64,000 nt of DNA from Takakia lepidozioides. Taxonomy: Eukaryota; Plantae; Bryophyta. Position 1 is the first letter of the stretch, and the number at the start of each line of letters is the position of its first letter. The notes beneath the pieces are model-generated. The model ran no database searches and was not told where the DNA came from. It saw nothing but the letters and a program-made list of their open reading frames with translations. The stretch lies in assembly GCA_030704615.1 (NCBI GenBank), contig CM060733.1, forward strand, positions 30,318,001 to 30,382,000, given 5' to 3'. The position numbers and the translations under genes were made by a program. Below are positions 1 through 12,459 of this stretch, piece after piece.

Positions 1-40
1 CCGCATTTCGAACGTGCTAGGGAGGGTATGAGTATCTTAC

Positions 41-1437
41 GAGTTGAGGTCCGCCATGGCATTCTTGAGCAGGGAGGAGTCTGCCGCCTTCACCTTGAGG
101 ATGACACACTCCACCATGTAATGCCAGCCAATGTGCTTGGCATGGTTCTGCTTGATGTACTCCCACCAGGCGAGAAGTCGGTGATTCCCGTCCCACACAA
201 AGAACATTTTACCCGACATATGGCCGAAGTCGGGATCACCCTTCAGCGTCGCCTCGAATTCGTGGTTGCGAGTGTGCCAGTGGGTATCCCATGTTGACAA
301 TTCATCGGCAGTGGGTCCACGAGTTTCGCCGTCCTCATTCTCAATGGAAACGTAAAACGCTGCCGATCCCAGACGGTACCCTTCTCGAAATGCGAACTTG
401 AGCTTATCCACATCTCCGGGAAGGGCCTGCCTGACGATGGGAAGGGAGACCATGCGACAGAGTGGGATTCGAAGAGTCCGCTGGAATACCCTGCTGCCCA
501 GAACTCTGCCAATGCTACTGTGTGTCTCTTCCAACATTTTATCCGCTGCACTTTTGAAATCCTCCGGAGACATGTCTGTAGGTGCCGGTAGTGGCTGAGC
601 AGCTGGAGCATCCTCAACTGGAGCTGCACTCTGGGGCCTGTCTGTGGGCAATTCTGCCATTGCAGAGGCCTCCTCCGGGCCTGCTTGCTCATCGGTGGTG
701 AGGTCTTGCTGCGAAAGTTGAGCGGCAGCACCCTCCTCCGGTACCAAATCGAGATCAACGGTCGATCCCATTGCCTTCGCTGCAGCAGAGTCGGCCCCCA
801 ACATCTGCAGGCGGGAAATCCTCCAGGAACTGAGCTTCAGCTCGTGGAAGCGGTTTTGCGGGAGATTGTTCGCCCGTCGCCCTGATTGCCTTCTGCTTCC
901 TCATCCTTGCAGGTGAAGGTGTCTGCTGCAATTGAATCTGTCTTCTACCCTGCTGCTTCATTCGCGTTGGGGGGGGTGAATCGGCCTGAGCCGGTTCAGA
1001 AGCCAGTAGAGGGACGGGCTGCTTCTTCTTCGACTTTGCTGGAGAAGGGCCCGACCCCTGCTGGCGATTCTCCATGACCGAAGAACGCGAGTCGATCTCG
1101 CAGAGGGCTAGGCCCGGCAGGAATACCCGCGCTCGGGGATCGGGTGGGTGTACGTGCTGCAGCTAGCTCCTCGGACTCTTCCTGCGGCTCTTCGGATTCC
1201 TGCGATCCCTCCAGCACGTCCACCTTTCCTGTTAGGCATGCAAACATGTTCTGCATTCAAGTCTCCTAGCATTCAGTCTAAGAATTACAGAAGCAAAATG
1301 GGGGGTTCGGTGCTCGATCAGCTGCGCGCAGCCCGATCGCATGGAGCTCTCACTGGTGGTTGGGTTGCCTGAGTGGCCTGCTGCTCGGAGATGGCAATCT
1401 CCTCCTGTAGACGCATCTGCTTCCTCCCCTTCGGCAT
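41..1437 (-). CDS. ParB/Sulfiredoxin-like (DGNHR motif) protein with a low-complexity N-terminus; multi-exon, two frameshifts, continues past the window start
   Basis: Exon 1 runs 1437-1354 (MPKGRKQ..., GTGAGA donor). Acceptor TGCAG at 1251, then ORFs 996..1256, 755..1075 and 37..804. The last contains FFVWDGNHRLLAW, the ParB/Srx signature. A GTAAGA donor at position 40 indicates further exons to the left. Confidence 0.6.
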
Positions 1438-1861
1438 TGGCCTACGTCCGAAGTATAATTTCCGGAGCTTGCGACGAGGTCTCCTCGCTGGTGCACGAAC
1501 TCCCCCCCTCTCAAGTTCGAGCATAAGAAGAACAGAGAGAGGGAAAAGGGCCAAAGAGTGCAAGGGCGCGAGAGGGGTGACTGAGGAGACACGACAAAAG
1601 TAGATGAAACGGCGGTGATGCACCACTTGGGTTCGAAAGGGTTGGACGAAAGTGTCTCCTCGGGGAGTTTGCGTCATTACGAAATTCGAATCGTTGAGGG
1701 TACGCCTGCCGTCCGAAAAACAAACATCATTATCGAACGGTCAGGCCGCGCCGCCTCATGCCCCTTCAGTCAGATGGAGTGCCGACATGTGCAGCAATTT
1801 CGTTGCTCCACGTGTTCACATTTCAAGGTATTTCCGTCCCAGCGTCTGATCAGTTGGAGCG

Positions 1862-3522
1862 AAAATGCAAATGCGGCGCCGCATTTCCGTTAAGTACCAT
1901 CACGAATCTACACATCCGTACTTGTTGGAAGAAAATGCGGCACCGCATTTCCGTTCCACCTTCACATACCTTAGTTGTTGAACGGAAATACGGTGCCGCA
2001 TTTCCGTCCCACAGCTCCAAGTATGAGATTCAAAAGGGAAATGCGGCGCCGCATTTCCGTTCTGGAATGTCGAAAGGTGCGATTGGGACGGGAATGAGGC
2101 ACAACATTTCAGTTCCCGTGGTTCATGATTTTCAATGTGAACGGAAATGCGGTACCGCATTTCCGTTCCCACTTCACATCCGTTAGATGATGAATGGAAA
2201 TGCCGTGCCACATTTCCGTTCGGGAAAGTATAGAGGTCTCACCTGGACAGAAATGCGGTGCCGCATTTCCGGTTCGGAAAGTTTGAAGGTCTCACATGGA
2301 TGGAAATGCGGCTACTCATTTTCGTAGCACAGCTCCAGGCCCAATATACAAAACGGAAATGCGGCGCCGCATTTCCGTTCTAGAATGTCGGAAGGTGCGA
2401 CTCAAACGGAAATGCGGTGCCGGATTTCAGTTCCCGTTGCGCACGATTTTCAGTCAGAATGGAAATGCGGTACCGCATTTCCGTTCTGTAGAGTATTAAC
2501 GTCTGACGCTGGCGGAAATGCCGTGCCGCATTTTCGTTCCACAGCTCCATGCCTCACATACAAAACGGAAATGCGGCGCCGCATTTCCGTTTTGGAATGT
2601 CGGAAGGTGCGACTCCGACGGAAATGCGGTACCGCATTTCAGTTCCGAGGTTTCAGGATATTTCATCAGAACGGAAATGCGGTGCCGCATTTCCCTTTTG
2701 AATCTAATACATTCCGTTCTGGAATGTTGGGAGGTGCGACTCGGATGGAAATGCGTTGCCGCATTTCAGTTCCGACAGTTCACGATTTTCAGTCAGAACG
2801 GAAATGCGGTACCGCATTTCCGTTCTGGAATGTTGGTAGGTGCGACTCGGATGGAAATACGGTGCCGCATTTTAGTTCAGATGGTTCACGATTTTCAGTC
2901 AGAACGGAAATGCGTTGCCGCATTTCCGTTCTGGATAGTATGAATGTCTCAAGCGGTCGGAATTGCGCTGTATAAAGCTGTCGGAATCGCACTCGGCTCC
3001 ATGCATCAGATACAAAATGGAAATGCGGCGCCGCATTTCCGTTCTGGAATGTCGAAAAGTGCGACTCGGACGGAAATGCGGTGCCGCATTTCTGTTCCCG
3101 TTGTTCGTAAATCTCAATCAGAACGGAAATGCGGTACCGCATTTCCGTTCCACCTTCACATACCGTGCTTGTTGAATGAAAATGCGGTACCGCATTTCCG
3201 TTCTGGAGAGTATGAATGTATTTTAAGGACGGAAATGTGCTGCAGCATTTCAATCCCTCAGCTCCATGCATCAGATACAAAATGGAAATGCGGCGCCGCT
3301 TTTCCGTTCTGAAATGTCGGAAAAGTGCGACTCGGACGGAAATGCGGTGCCGCATTTCTGTTCCCGTTGTTCATAAATCTCAATCAGAACGGAAATGCGG
3401 TACCGCATTTCCGTTCTGGAGAGTATAAAGGTTTCCCCCGGACGGAAACTCGGTGCCGCATTTCCGTCGCTCTGGTGCATGTCCAAGATGCAATACGGAA
3501 ATGCGGCGCCGTATTTCCGTCC
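1862..3522. repeat. Array of ~30 palindromes (consensus GAACGGAAATGCGGYRCCGCATTTCCGTTC) with ~23-bp spacers, 53-bp period
   Basis: Perfect 30-bp palindrome at e.g. 3121-3150. Centres at ~1941, 1994, 2047 ... 2683 and ~3029 ... 3507 are 53 bp apart. Spacers fall into ~5 recurring classes. Confidence 0.95.
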
Positions 3523-3947
3523 ACCAGCAATCGAAAGAATCACTCGGGACGGGAAATCTGGAACCTGAATGGGTTGCATTGTTCCGAAACAACACAATTG
3601 CGGCCAGTCTTGATGAGCACAACTTGGTTGTCTGACCGTTTTAACCAGCAGTCCTGGCACTTGTCAGTGCGAACGTTCCTGTCTGCACCGAGAATACTGC
3701 TGGATCCACCCTCAGGAGAAACTGTCAGGAGATGTTATTTCGTCGCCGAATCGGCCATCATTGTCATACTCACTGGCTATGGAATCAAACCTCCCACCTT
3801 CATGCATGTAGCTTGAAACAATACTTTCCACTTCAATGTGCGACTTCCAATCGTCGATGGACTCCGCAGATCCACTTAGATGGTGCTTGTGAGCCTTGGT
3901 CTGTCGCTATACTGAACCTCGCACTTGCCAACTCCGTGCGGTGTTCG

Positions 3948-6900
3948 ATGGCTCCGAATTCCTACGCTATAGTTAGCTGTCCTCCGCAACTTGGGAGAGC
4001 CTGGATCCCAAACGAGGGAGGACTTTGCAGAGTGACTGAAACTTACCTTTGTTCCAAATTCAAGCTCAAACCGGGCACAGTTTATTTGGAAGAAGAAAGG
4101 AAGGATGTTCCTGGACAGGTTGACGAGACCATTGTCGTGCTAGGTAACGACGGAGGTTGCGGAATCGAATGGCACGTTCCCCCGTCAGACACCATCCTGT
4201 ACCGAGCTGTGGGAATGCCCATTCCCTTTCCGAATCAGTCGCTGCCCACACCATCCACAAAGGAGTCCGGAAACCGAGAGGCGGCCACTGCCAACAGAGA
4301 GGTATGCAAAGATAATCATTCCCGACCTGGACCGTCAAGACCCTCCATAGCTTCTCGTGTGGACGTATTCGACATTTCCGACGAGGAAGATGATTGCATT
4401 GAGGTACCCATGTCCTCCACACGGTCGTTCAAATCCGGCATGGAGTCTCTGTAGGTGCTACGTATGTGCCCTCGAGCATAACTCCAACCCGGTCCATTGT
4501 GCAGCTCCTACGACAACATCACCTCGATGGTTCTCGCTCCGAGCTGGCTGCTCTCGACTATGCCAAATTCCCAGTCAGAAAGGTAGTTTCTGCCTCCCGA
4601 AGTCGATGGCAATGTCATCTTCGAGTTTCCACCTGTTTCTTCGTCAAAGAAAGCCTCCGGGATGTTAACAGACATGGATCGAAAGCATGACGGACACCCC
4701 TGGTGTGTGACGAAGACCAGTAGCACGAAAATTGCTGATGGTGTTCGTGTACGATATGTCCTCTGTGCGGGGAAGCTGAGGTGCCTCAATCCCACCTGCT
4801 TCCACTTTCTCTCCAAAGGAGGGCGGAGAAACGAGACGGATTGGACTGGCACAACGCATCATCCATTCATTGTCTCCAGCCAAGCTCCTGCGGGTTCTTT
4901 CAAGTGTGCACATTGCAAAGAACCACCAACGTGCATGTCCATGTGCAGAGCCAAGCAATACTACGTTATCCATTTGCTCCCGGACTTGACTAGAGCTTGC
5001 ATACACGTTGGGGTCCACTGCCACCCCTTGGCGAGAGGCAACATGCGTGAGGCTGTGCAGGAAGCACACGACATCATAAAAGAGGAGGTGAAATTGAGCC
5101 CCGGAGCCAGACCAAAGCAGATTCAGCTGAAGGCAGCTCACAAGATTGCTCTTGGCAAAATCATGTCTGAAGATGGTTCCGACCGAGAGCCCTTGACCGA
5201 AGACGAGATGCGTGACCTCTTGGAGTCCGTCTCGCACGTTTGTAGTCCGAATGTGCGGAATCACATCGTATCTTGCAAGCAGGAGTTCGGCAGGGGGTCG
5301 GACATGTACTCAATCCTGGAGGTGAAACGAATGACTGGATATGACTACATCCAAGGTAGCAGGTTTCCAGGGCAAGGCAGCGAATCCGATCGTTGTTACA
5401 TTTTCAAAATGTCGACGTGTGGGCCTGGGAGTGGAGTCGATTTGGTCACTCGCATGACAACTGGAAACTTGTCGAATGCTTGGGTGATGTTTGATCACAT
5501 CAAGCGAATTACAAACCATCAGTGGGTGACTATGGGTGCGCATGTTTATGACTATCACTCCAAGAGGCTCATGACAATTGCAATCTGCGAGATGAAAGGG
5601 GAGGACACACAGTCCGAGATGCATCTGTGGGAGGGCATAAACGAGCAGATGGCAAGGGCGGGATTGCCAGAGCCCAATTTCAGGGGATTCATGGCAGACA
5701 ACGCTCAGGCCAACTGGGCAGCGGTGCGGCGTGTGTACGGTGAGGACCCCAATGTTCCAATGGAGGGGAAAGAGAGATCCTGTGGATTCCATTGGATGCA
5801 GAGTCTATCCCACTACACTACCAAATTTGTTGCTAGCTCATTCCAGGCTGAACACCGTGTCCTTTGTACGGTGTGGAAGGATGCACCCACATTTGATGAC
5901 GCGGAGGTTAAGTTTGCTATCATCGAGGCTTGGTGGAACACGTCAGGTGCAGTGGAGACAACCAATCTGGGAGCATTGCACAGCTGGTTGGGGTGGTGGC
6001 ATTTTCGGTATCGACAGTTCGGACAGTACATGCGGGAGGTAGGCTGCTGTCAATTTCGTTCATTTGTCTTTCTGTTACGGACATTTCGATTGGTCCCTCA
6101 CCATTGTTTGTGTCCTTCTAGGAGCGGTGCTTGGATTCCGACACGGACATGCCGAACACGAATATGGCAGAATCGGTCCACTCCTCCTGGCGAGCGTCTT
6201 CTGCCGCACATCTGGTGGACGTAGTCACGGCCACAACGGAGGACATCGACAGAGCAATCATGCAGCAAGCCACGTACTACAAGTTCCTGAGCGGCAAACA
6301 ATGGGGCTTTGGGCCGGACAGGGAGGAATTGTTGGTACGAACAGCTTCGAGGTCCAAGAATCCAGTGAAATGGGCGACAGCATTGCGAGAGAAGATCAAA
6401 GGGACGCCTCTGCACCGCAGAGGTGAACACCTAGAGGGGGACGTCCGGACTCGCCCTGTCAGGCGGAGGATTGAAGAGGAACCCGGGTGCGAAGAGGATT
6501 CCTGGAGATCCGACAGGAACATTCGAACAGCACCTCGAGGTCCCGTCATGTTGCCGCACAATGTGTCGTCCAGCAGTGGAAGTCCAAGAAATTCCAGATC
6601 GCCGTCGCCTTCAACCGGGGATTTCGTGCAACAAATTCCCACCGCTCCCTTGCCCCACATTCCGCCCGCTGTTATGCAGTATGGCCAAGCCATTGTGGAG
6701 ACGACTGTGTCTGCATCACAGTGGAGAATTGCTCGCACAAAGCCGTCGTTTCGAGGAAGGTGTTCCGCAATTCGTGTGGATACACGGCAACGTTGTTTAG
6801 AGATGATAAGGAGGAATCCAGATGGGGCTGTCCCTGCTCCTACTTTTACAGGAAGATTTGTCCATGCAAATTTGCGGAGGCGACAACCACCCAGTTCTGG

Positions 6901-7551
6901 TTCTGCAGGCACGACATTATGACTTGCGTGTATGGAAAGCCCAAGTACGACATACAAACAATGCCAGAGGCTCCCCCGGTGTGGCCGGTGGAACCAGGCT
7001 GCGATCTGAGTCAGGTTGAGACCGACGCCCTTACCGCCGCAGGATTTCGGATGGTGCAGCGCACTGACGTCCCCAGACAACCATTTCCGCTTCCACAGCC
7101 TCCACCACCGACCCCTGTGAGAGCAAGAACAATGGGACACGACAACTCTAAGCATCCTACACACCGTTGGGGGAAACCGAAGAGGCGGCGACCTCCCTCA
7201 AAAGTGAACGAGACAAGGATGGGGAATGCACTTCGGATGAACTGTACAATCCAGAGCTCGACAGAAGTGCCCCCACCAGGATTCGGGCGTGTGTATCAGA
7301 TGGCCACGGCGGGCTCAGCTGTTCGCAATGAGGTGTACACCATCACCATTTCAGAATTACCCACCTGCAATTGCACCGACTTCCAGATCATGGCGAACAA
7401 GGGGGCATCATACTGCCCTTGCAAGCATTTGTACTACGTGTACCTAAAGAGACTCCGTTGTAATTCCACAACTCATCACTTCATACATGCACCAGGGTTG
7501 AGCCCCCAGGAGGTTCACACTCTTCTGAATATGGATCCAGGGGACCAGTGA
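3948..7551 (+). CDS. MULE-type DDE transposase with N-terminal Cys/His (WRKY/GCM-like) zinc finger and C-terminal SWIM finger; one intron, ~3 frameshifts
   Basis: Motifs VMFDH (D1), FMADNAQ (D2), CGFHW (CxxH), NMAESVH (E) and CNC..CPCKH (SWIM). GT-AG intron 6039-6121 joins ORFs 4662..6224 and 6131..6922 in frame. Frameshifts near 4445, 4590 and 6880. Confidence 0.8.
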
Positions 7552-8297
7552 GCTTGGCTTGCGGTCCACATACAATGGTACGCCCATCCTTTTCGGATAG
7601 TAGAACTGTACTGCTGCCAGTACCTCAGACTCTGGCCACAGAAAGGTCCGACATATGTCTTGCCTACCAGTAACCTGTTTTGATCGAACTAAGATATTAC
7701 TATATCGTTCACTTGTTTCCACGTGCATGTATTTTTGTATGTTGGAGGGTTCATGTTTTTCTGCTTTCCGAAAACTTGCTCTCCTCATTCGACCTCCGAC
7801 AAGGAAATGCGGCGCCGAATTTCCAAGTATCGTCGTAGGTACCCCCAGAGGCGGCCTTCGCCAACACCAAACCGCTCCGAAATTTCGCACGTGCGAACCC
7901 TAATGCGGCACCCTATTTCCCAGTTCAGTTGCAAACCTTTCCCGCCGAATACCCGAAGAAGACAGAATTGTGAAGTACTGCAGACTGTATTGGTGCAGAC
8001 TCCATTGGTTCAATCGCGGCAAAAGGGTCAGCTTCATTCCAATGTTAAGGCATGTAAAACCGCGGAATACTCTATACAGGCCAGTATGCGACGTCCTTTT
8101 GCAGTGGTATACTGGATTTCCCGTTGCACGGTCACTTATTTCCATGAGCGGATCTAAAAAACCATGAGCGGACTTGTTACTGACGACATATCTTCGCCGC
8201 ATTACATGATCTGGAACGTCCAAAAACGGCAAGGTCAAATAAAAAACTATTATTTTAATACTTGTTTAATCTGCCGCATTTCCAAATTTGGAGGAGT

Positions 8298-8400
8298 CCG
8301 CTCATGAAATCCGCGTATCTTAGACTTCGGCTCACCGCTCATGCGGCTCATGCGGCTCATGGCTCATGGCTCATGGTTTCTGCTCATGAAATAGTAAACC
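8298..8400. repeat. Subterminal (GG/CG)GCTCATG short repeats at the putative right end of the MULE
   Basis: About 6 GCTCATG copies. Inverted CATGAGCGG copies at ~8143 and ~8163. Confidence 0.6.
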
Positions 8401-8549
8401 TCCATGCGACAGGTAAACTATCATGTCCCATCTCATCGGGAACATGAAGGGAAACTGTTAATGGTACTTTTGGTTCGAGGGCAAGAACATGCTATGGAGA
8501 TTCCCAAAAGGAGTTCGGTACCTTCTCTATTAGAATTATTTCATGCTTC

Positions 8550-8725
8550 GACAACCAGCATGTAGCCCAGTGGTAATGGGCACATACCACGTTGGATGTG
8601 GTTGTGGGTTCAAACCACCGTCTGGTGTGTCATGAAGGTGTCCACCTTCCTGCTGGAAGGCAGTAGCCCTTCGGGGTCAAGTGACACCATAAGTTACGCT
8701 CCCTTCGGGAGGCGTCATATATATA
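8550..8725 (+). mobile_element. tRNA-derived SINE with 13-bp TSD
   Basis: A box TAGCCCAGTGG, B box GGTTCAAACC, (AT)n tail. TSD TATTTCATGCTTC at 8537-8549 and 8726-8738. Confidence 0.85.
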
Positions 8726-8738
8726 TATTTCATGCTTC

Positions 8739-9586
8739 ACTCTATGCTGCACATTTAGGGGTACACAAGACCGTCAAAAGGTTGCAAGAAAAATACTATT
8801 GGAAGGGCCTACATCAGGATGTATCGACCTTCATTCATCAGTGTGTGCCTTGTCAGACTAAAACCCTGCTACCTAGAACCCAAGCTCCTCTTCCACTTCA
8901 GCCAATCCCTATCACTGAATTCTTTGCTCGGGTTGGCCTTGATTTAGTCGGACCTCTCAAAACCACGGCCAAGGGCAATAGCTACTTTGCAGTAGCCACT
9001 GATTACCTGTCCAAATGGGTTGAGATCCGGCCTCTGGTTGCTAAGGATAACGATGAAGTGACACAATTCTTTTTTGATGAAGTTATACTTAGGCATGCAT
9101 GTCCTGCTGAGATACTAACTGACCAGGGGACCGAGTTTTGCAACCAATTGATGGAGGTCATTTGTTTCAACATTGGGGGTCAAGCATTGCTTGACTGCTC
9201 CCTATAATCCTCAGTGCAATGGGCTCACTGAAAGGTTTAATAAGACAATGTGCCAGCTCTTGGAAAAGAATGGGGCTCTGATATATGAGTGGGACATCAC
9301 CTTGCCTGTGCTTATCTTTGCTTATAGAACTTCAGTTCATGTTAGCATTCGATTTTCTCCTTTTGAATTATTGTATGGTAGAAAGGCTAGGACCCCGTTA
9401 CATGTCCCTGTCTTACAGGTGCAAGTGCATGAACCTCCCGATTGGGATCTGTTTTTGGAACAACTAACTGCTCACAGGTTGAGCTTGCGGGAGACTGCCA
9501 AGCACAACATTGCAGTGGCTCAGGTTGCCAAGGCTAAATACTACAACCGACGGGTGGTGTACTCTGAGAGTTTTGTCATCAGCTAG
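8739..9586 (+). pseudogene. Gypsy integrase (zinc-binding + rve core), frameshifted
   Basis: Integrase motifs split over two frames at ~9180. Confidence 0.85.
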
Positions 9587-11642
9587 ACCGTGTGTGTTCA
9601 TCTTCAACCTGGTTTCCAAGGCCAAGCTTCGAATTGATGGGCCCTATTTGATTGCAGGATACTTCCTGGCAGGCAATATCGTTTGTTACCTCAACATGCC
9701 TCCACTGCTACGCTCAAGGACACAGTTCATGTGTCTCAACTCGTCCCCTCTCGTTTGCAGTTCGACCTCACCTGTTTGAATGTTGAAAATCGACATGTGA
9801 TTCTCACACCTCGCAAGCGGCTTGCGACAGAGGACCCTGCTGCTGACGATTCTTAGCATAGTGACAAATTGTTTTGGACTGGCTTTGTTTTGATTTGAGA
9901 TCACTTGCTGGTAGTGTAGCTGTTTTGTTGGCCTCATCACCATGCACTTGGGATTTTTCCAGTGATGTGGTTTTATCCTTCGCTCAACTTGCAGAGCAAG
10001 GTTTTCCTTGTCCTGGTTTTTTCATCCCACTTGCTTGAGGTCTTGCACTGGACATGTTTATTGCAGTAGCTCGCAGGAGCTCGCTTGCAAAGGCTTCACA
10101 TATGTGAAGGACCAGATTCCTCTCTAGTCTTTATTCCCCATCAATGAATGTTATGACTCTGCGGGGATGAAGGCGACTGTTACAATGGATGTGTCAGTGA
10201 TGAGCCTATAAACTTGTCTTATATTAACCGGTAGTAGTATATTAAGCAACAGCCTTGTTGGCGGCCTAGCTGTCACGACATCTGGATAACAATATGAGGA
10301 GCCAATGAGTGATAGCCATCTGGCCATGCAGATGAAGGATGAAAAGACTATTTAATCAAGGGGGACTTGAGCCCTGGTGTGCTGGTTTTGGAGTGTTCAT
10401 CTTTGTGTGTACCTGTGTGGATGAAAGTGTCTCAGTGTACGGTGTGTGATTAAGTCTGGGGAATCGTTCCTTAGGATCTGCAGTCCTCTAGAGTAAGATC
10501 CCTCATCCTATGCATAGCTATACTCCCCCTTTAAGCGCCTCCACCATAGAGGAAGGGAATCTCTGGTGGGCGCCAGAATCTGGCTTCACAGGGATGAAGC
10601 CCGATTACTTTATTATAAGTGGGGAAAAATGGTACACTTGGATGATAATGGTTTCACAATCTGGGTTGGACATAAAACCCTGACTGAAAAAATCACTGAG
10701 ATAAAAATCCAAATTCATACCTCTGATTATTTTCAGACCAAACCACCAGTACATGGCACATGCTCTCAGGAAAGGAAGTGAAAGTATCTACACTGTGAAG
10801 GGCCGGTGTCCCCTCTATGTTTCCATGGCTTTTCTGCAGCAAGGTTAGTTTTTCCTTGCTCTTTTAATTCAATTTACCCCTTTCTCTTAAAAAAGAAAAA
10901 AGAAAAAGAACAAGTGAAAGAATCATGGTTTGGAACACCAGAGTAACTTTGCCAATTGGCAAAGTGCCAAGAAATAGATGGGTGTAGTTCTCAGGTATTG
11001 GATCCCAGACTGGATAGCTTACTGACTGTCATCTGCTTCATTCTAATTTTGATATCCAACTCCTATTGGTTTATAGTGAGCTACTAATTAGCTATGCATC
11101 AGTTGAATAGTAGATCTAGTTCTGTTAACCAAGCAACCACAAGTGCAGTAGCAGAGGACATCATCAACTCGACGGCTGATTCCACAGTGCAGAGAGAAGG
11201 GGAACATCTGCCTACTAGATCTTGTGCCAACTAGGGTCTTAGATGGTATGCATAGTGCCAGCTAGGATAGTGTTCACTTGCGCAGGTGGACGATTTTGAA
11301 TAAGTAGGTTCCCGCCTATGGCTAGCTTCTTCTGGTCTCGCACCTTAAGGGATATGTATCAAGGCTGCTTTGCGATCTGTGACGTATGCTTTCAATTTGC
11401 TAGTTATCAGATAGAACAGACTGTGTTTGTATGTCCATTCAAAGCTGTGTCGAAGCACTACATATAGACTGCATGTTTCTATTTGTGCTTTAGGTTATGG
11501 GCCCACATACGTTGTTAAAGCAATGTGGAGTAGTGAATTATTACAGCATTCACACTGTAGAGAGCGGAAGCGTGGTAGTTCTTTGAAGTTTCTTGATCAA
11601 GAAAGTACTGTCTAGAGCGCTTGTGATTAAGACTCAGTAAAC

Positions 11643-12296
11643 ATGTCATCGATCACGGAATACAAGGAATCGTTGGGGATAGAGAAGTTCAATGGAGATA
11701 ATTTTTCGTTGTGGAAATTTCAGATGCAAATTATATTTCAGGCACGAGAGATGTGGGAGATTGTGGATGGGAGTGACACTAAGAGTGCTACTACTGACAA
11801 AGTTCTGTGGGAGAAGAGGGACAAGAGAGCTGCCTTCGCCATTTTACAAGCCGTAGATAGAAGCCATATGCAACAACTTGTGAACTGTGTGACCGCAACA
11901 GAGATGTGGTCTACCCTATTAACAGTCCATGAACAAGCCGCTGATGAGGATATCACTCACTTGCAAGAGAAGTTCTATCGTTGCCAGATGATAGAAGAGG
12001 ATAGCATCGCATCATACTTTAGCAATATGTCTTCAATTAGGAGACGGCTTAAAGATCTTGGTGAGAATATTAGCGATCGTCAACTTCTGTCAAAGATAAG
12101 GTGTGGTCTGCCGCCAAGTTATAGTCCGCTATTACTTGCTTGGGACAATGTCGATCAGAAGTTGAAAAGCTTTCAAACACAATTGCTTAGTTACGAGAGT
12201 GCCATGAAGTTGAAAGGAGTTGATAATGAGGCTGATAAGGCATTTTTTTGTTGTAAATCAGAAAGGAGGTCAGTCACAAAAGGCAGAGAGAAATGA
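11643..12296 (+). CDS. Copia gag (UBN2-like)
   Basis: IEKFNGDNFSLWKFQM...W..RDKRA...TATEMWSTL...GLPPSY. Confidence 0.85.
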   Translation: MSSITEYKESLGIEKFNGDNFSLWKFQMQIIFQAREMWEIVDGSDTKSATTDKVLWEKRDKRAAFAILQAVDRSHMQQLVNCVTATEMWSTLLTVHEQAADEDITHLQEKFYRCQMIEEDSIASYFSNMSSIRRRLKDLGENISDRQLLSKIRCGLPPSYSPLLLAWDNVDQKLKSFQTQLLSYESAMKLKGVDNEADKAFFCCKSERRSVTKGREK

Positions 12297-12459
12297 CAAG
12301 ATTAGTGCGCTCAAAAGAACAACGCAGTGTAATTGTTGTGGACACACATGACATTGGGCAAGAGAGTGCAAATGCCCTAAGTGTCAAGCTAAGAGGCGAA
12401 ACAAAGAGAAGAGCCAAGCTAATGTTACCGAAGAATATAATGCAGATACTCCAACCGTT

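Larger units (their letters stand above)
1..8400. mobile_element. Mutator-like (MULE) DNA transposon carrying a transposase, a ParB-like gene and a palindrome array; left end lies outside the window
   Basis: MULE DDE/SWIM transposase at 3948-7551. Degenerate array palindromes recur at 7803-7824 and 7902-7920. Subterminal GCTCATG repeats at 8298-8390 end in ...AATAGTAAACC at 8400, followed by unrelated Gypsy sequence. Confidence 0.65.
8401..10500 (+). mobile_element. Degenerate Gypsy LTR retrotransposon 3' part (integrase, PPT, probable LTR from 10178)
   Basis: ORFs 8596..9207 and 9173..9586 have HLG..T..YYW..C..C and GLDLVGP/ATDYLSKW/TDQGTEF/NGLTERFN integrase motifs. Purine tract is followed by TGTTACA at 10178. 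The right end is uncertain. Confidence 0.7.

Noticed and set aside
1862-3522. True CRISPR array
   Set aside because: Spacers recur in a few classes rather than being unique, no cas genes are present, and the context is eukaryotic with introns.
1758-3660. Many overlapping ORFs with GNAAPHFR / TEMRRRIS repeats
   Set aside because: By-products of the palindrome array, appearing in all frames on both strands.
10564-10580. TGGTGGGCGCC as a PBS
   Set aside because: No preceding CA terminus and no gag downstream.
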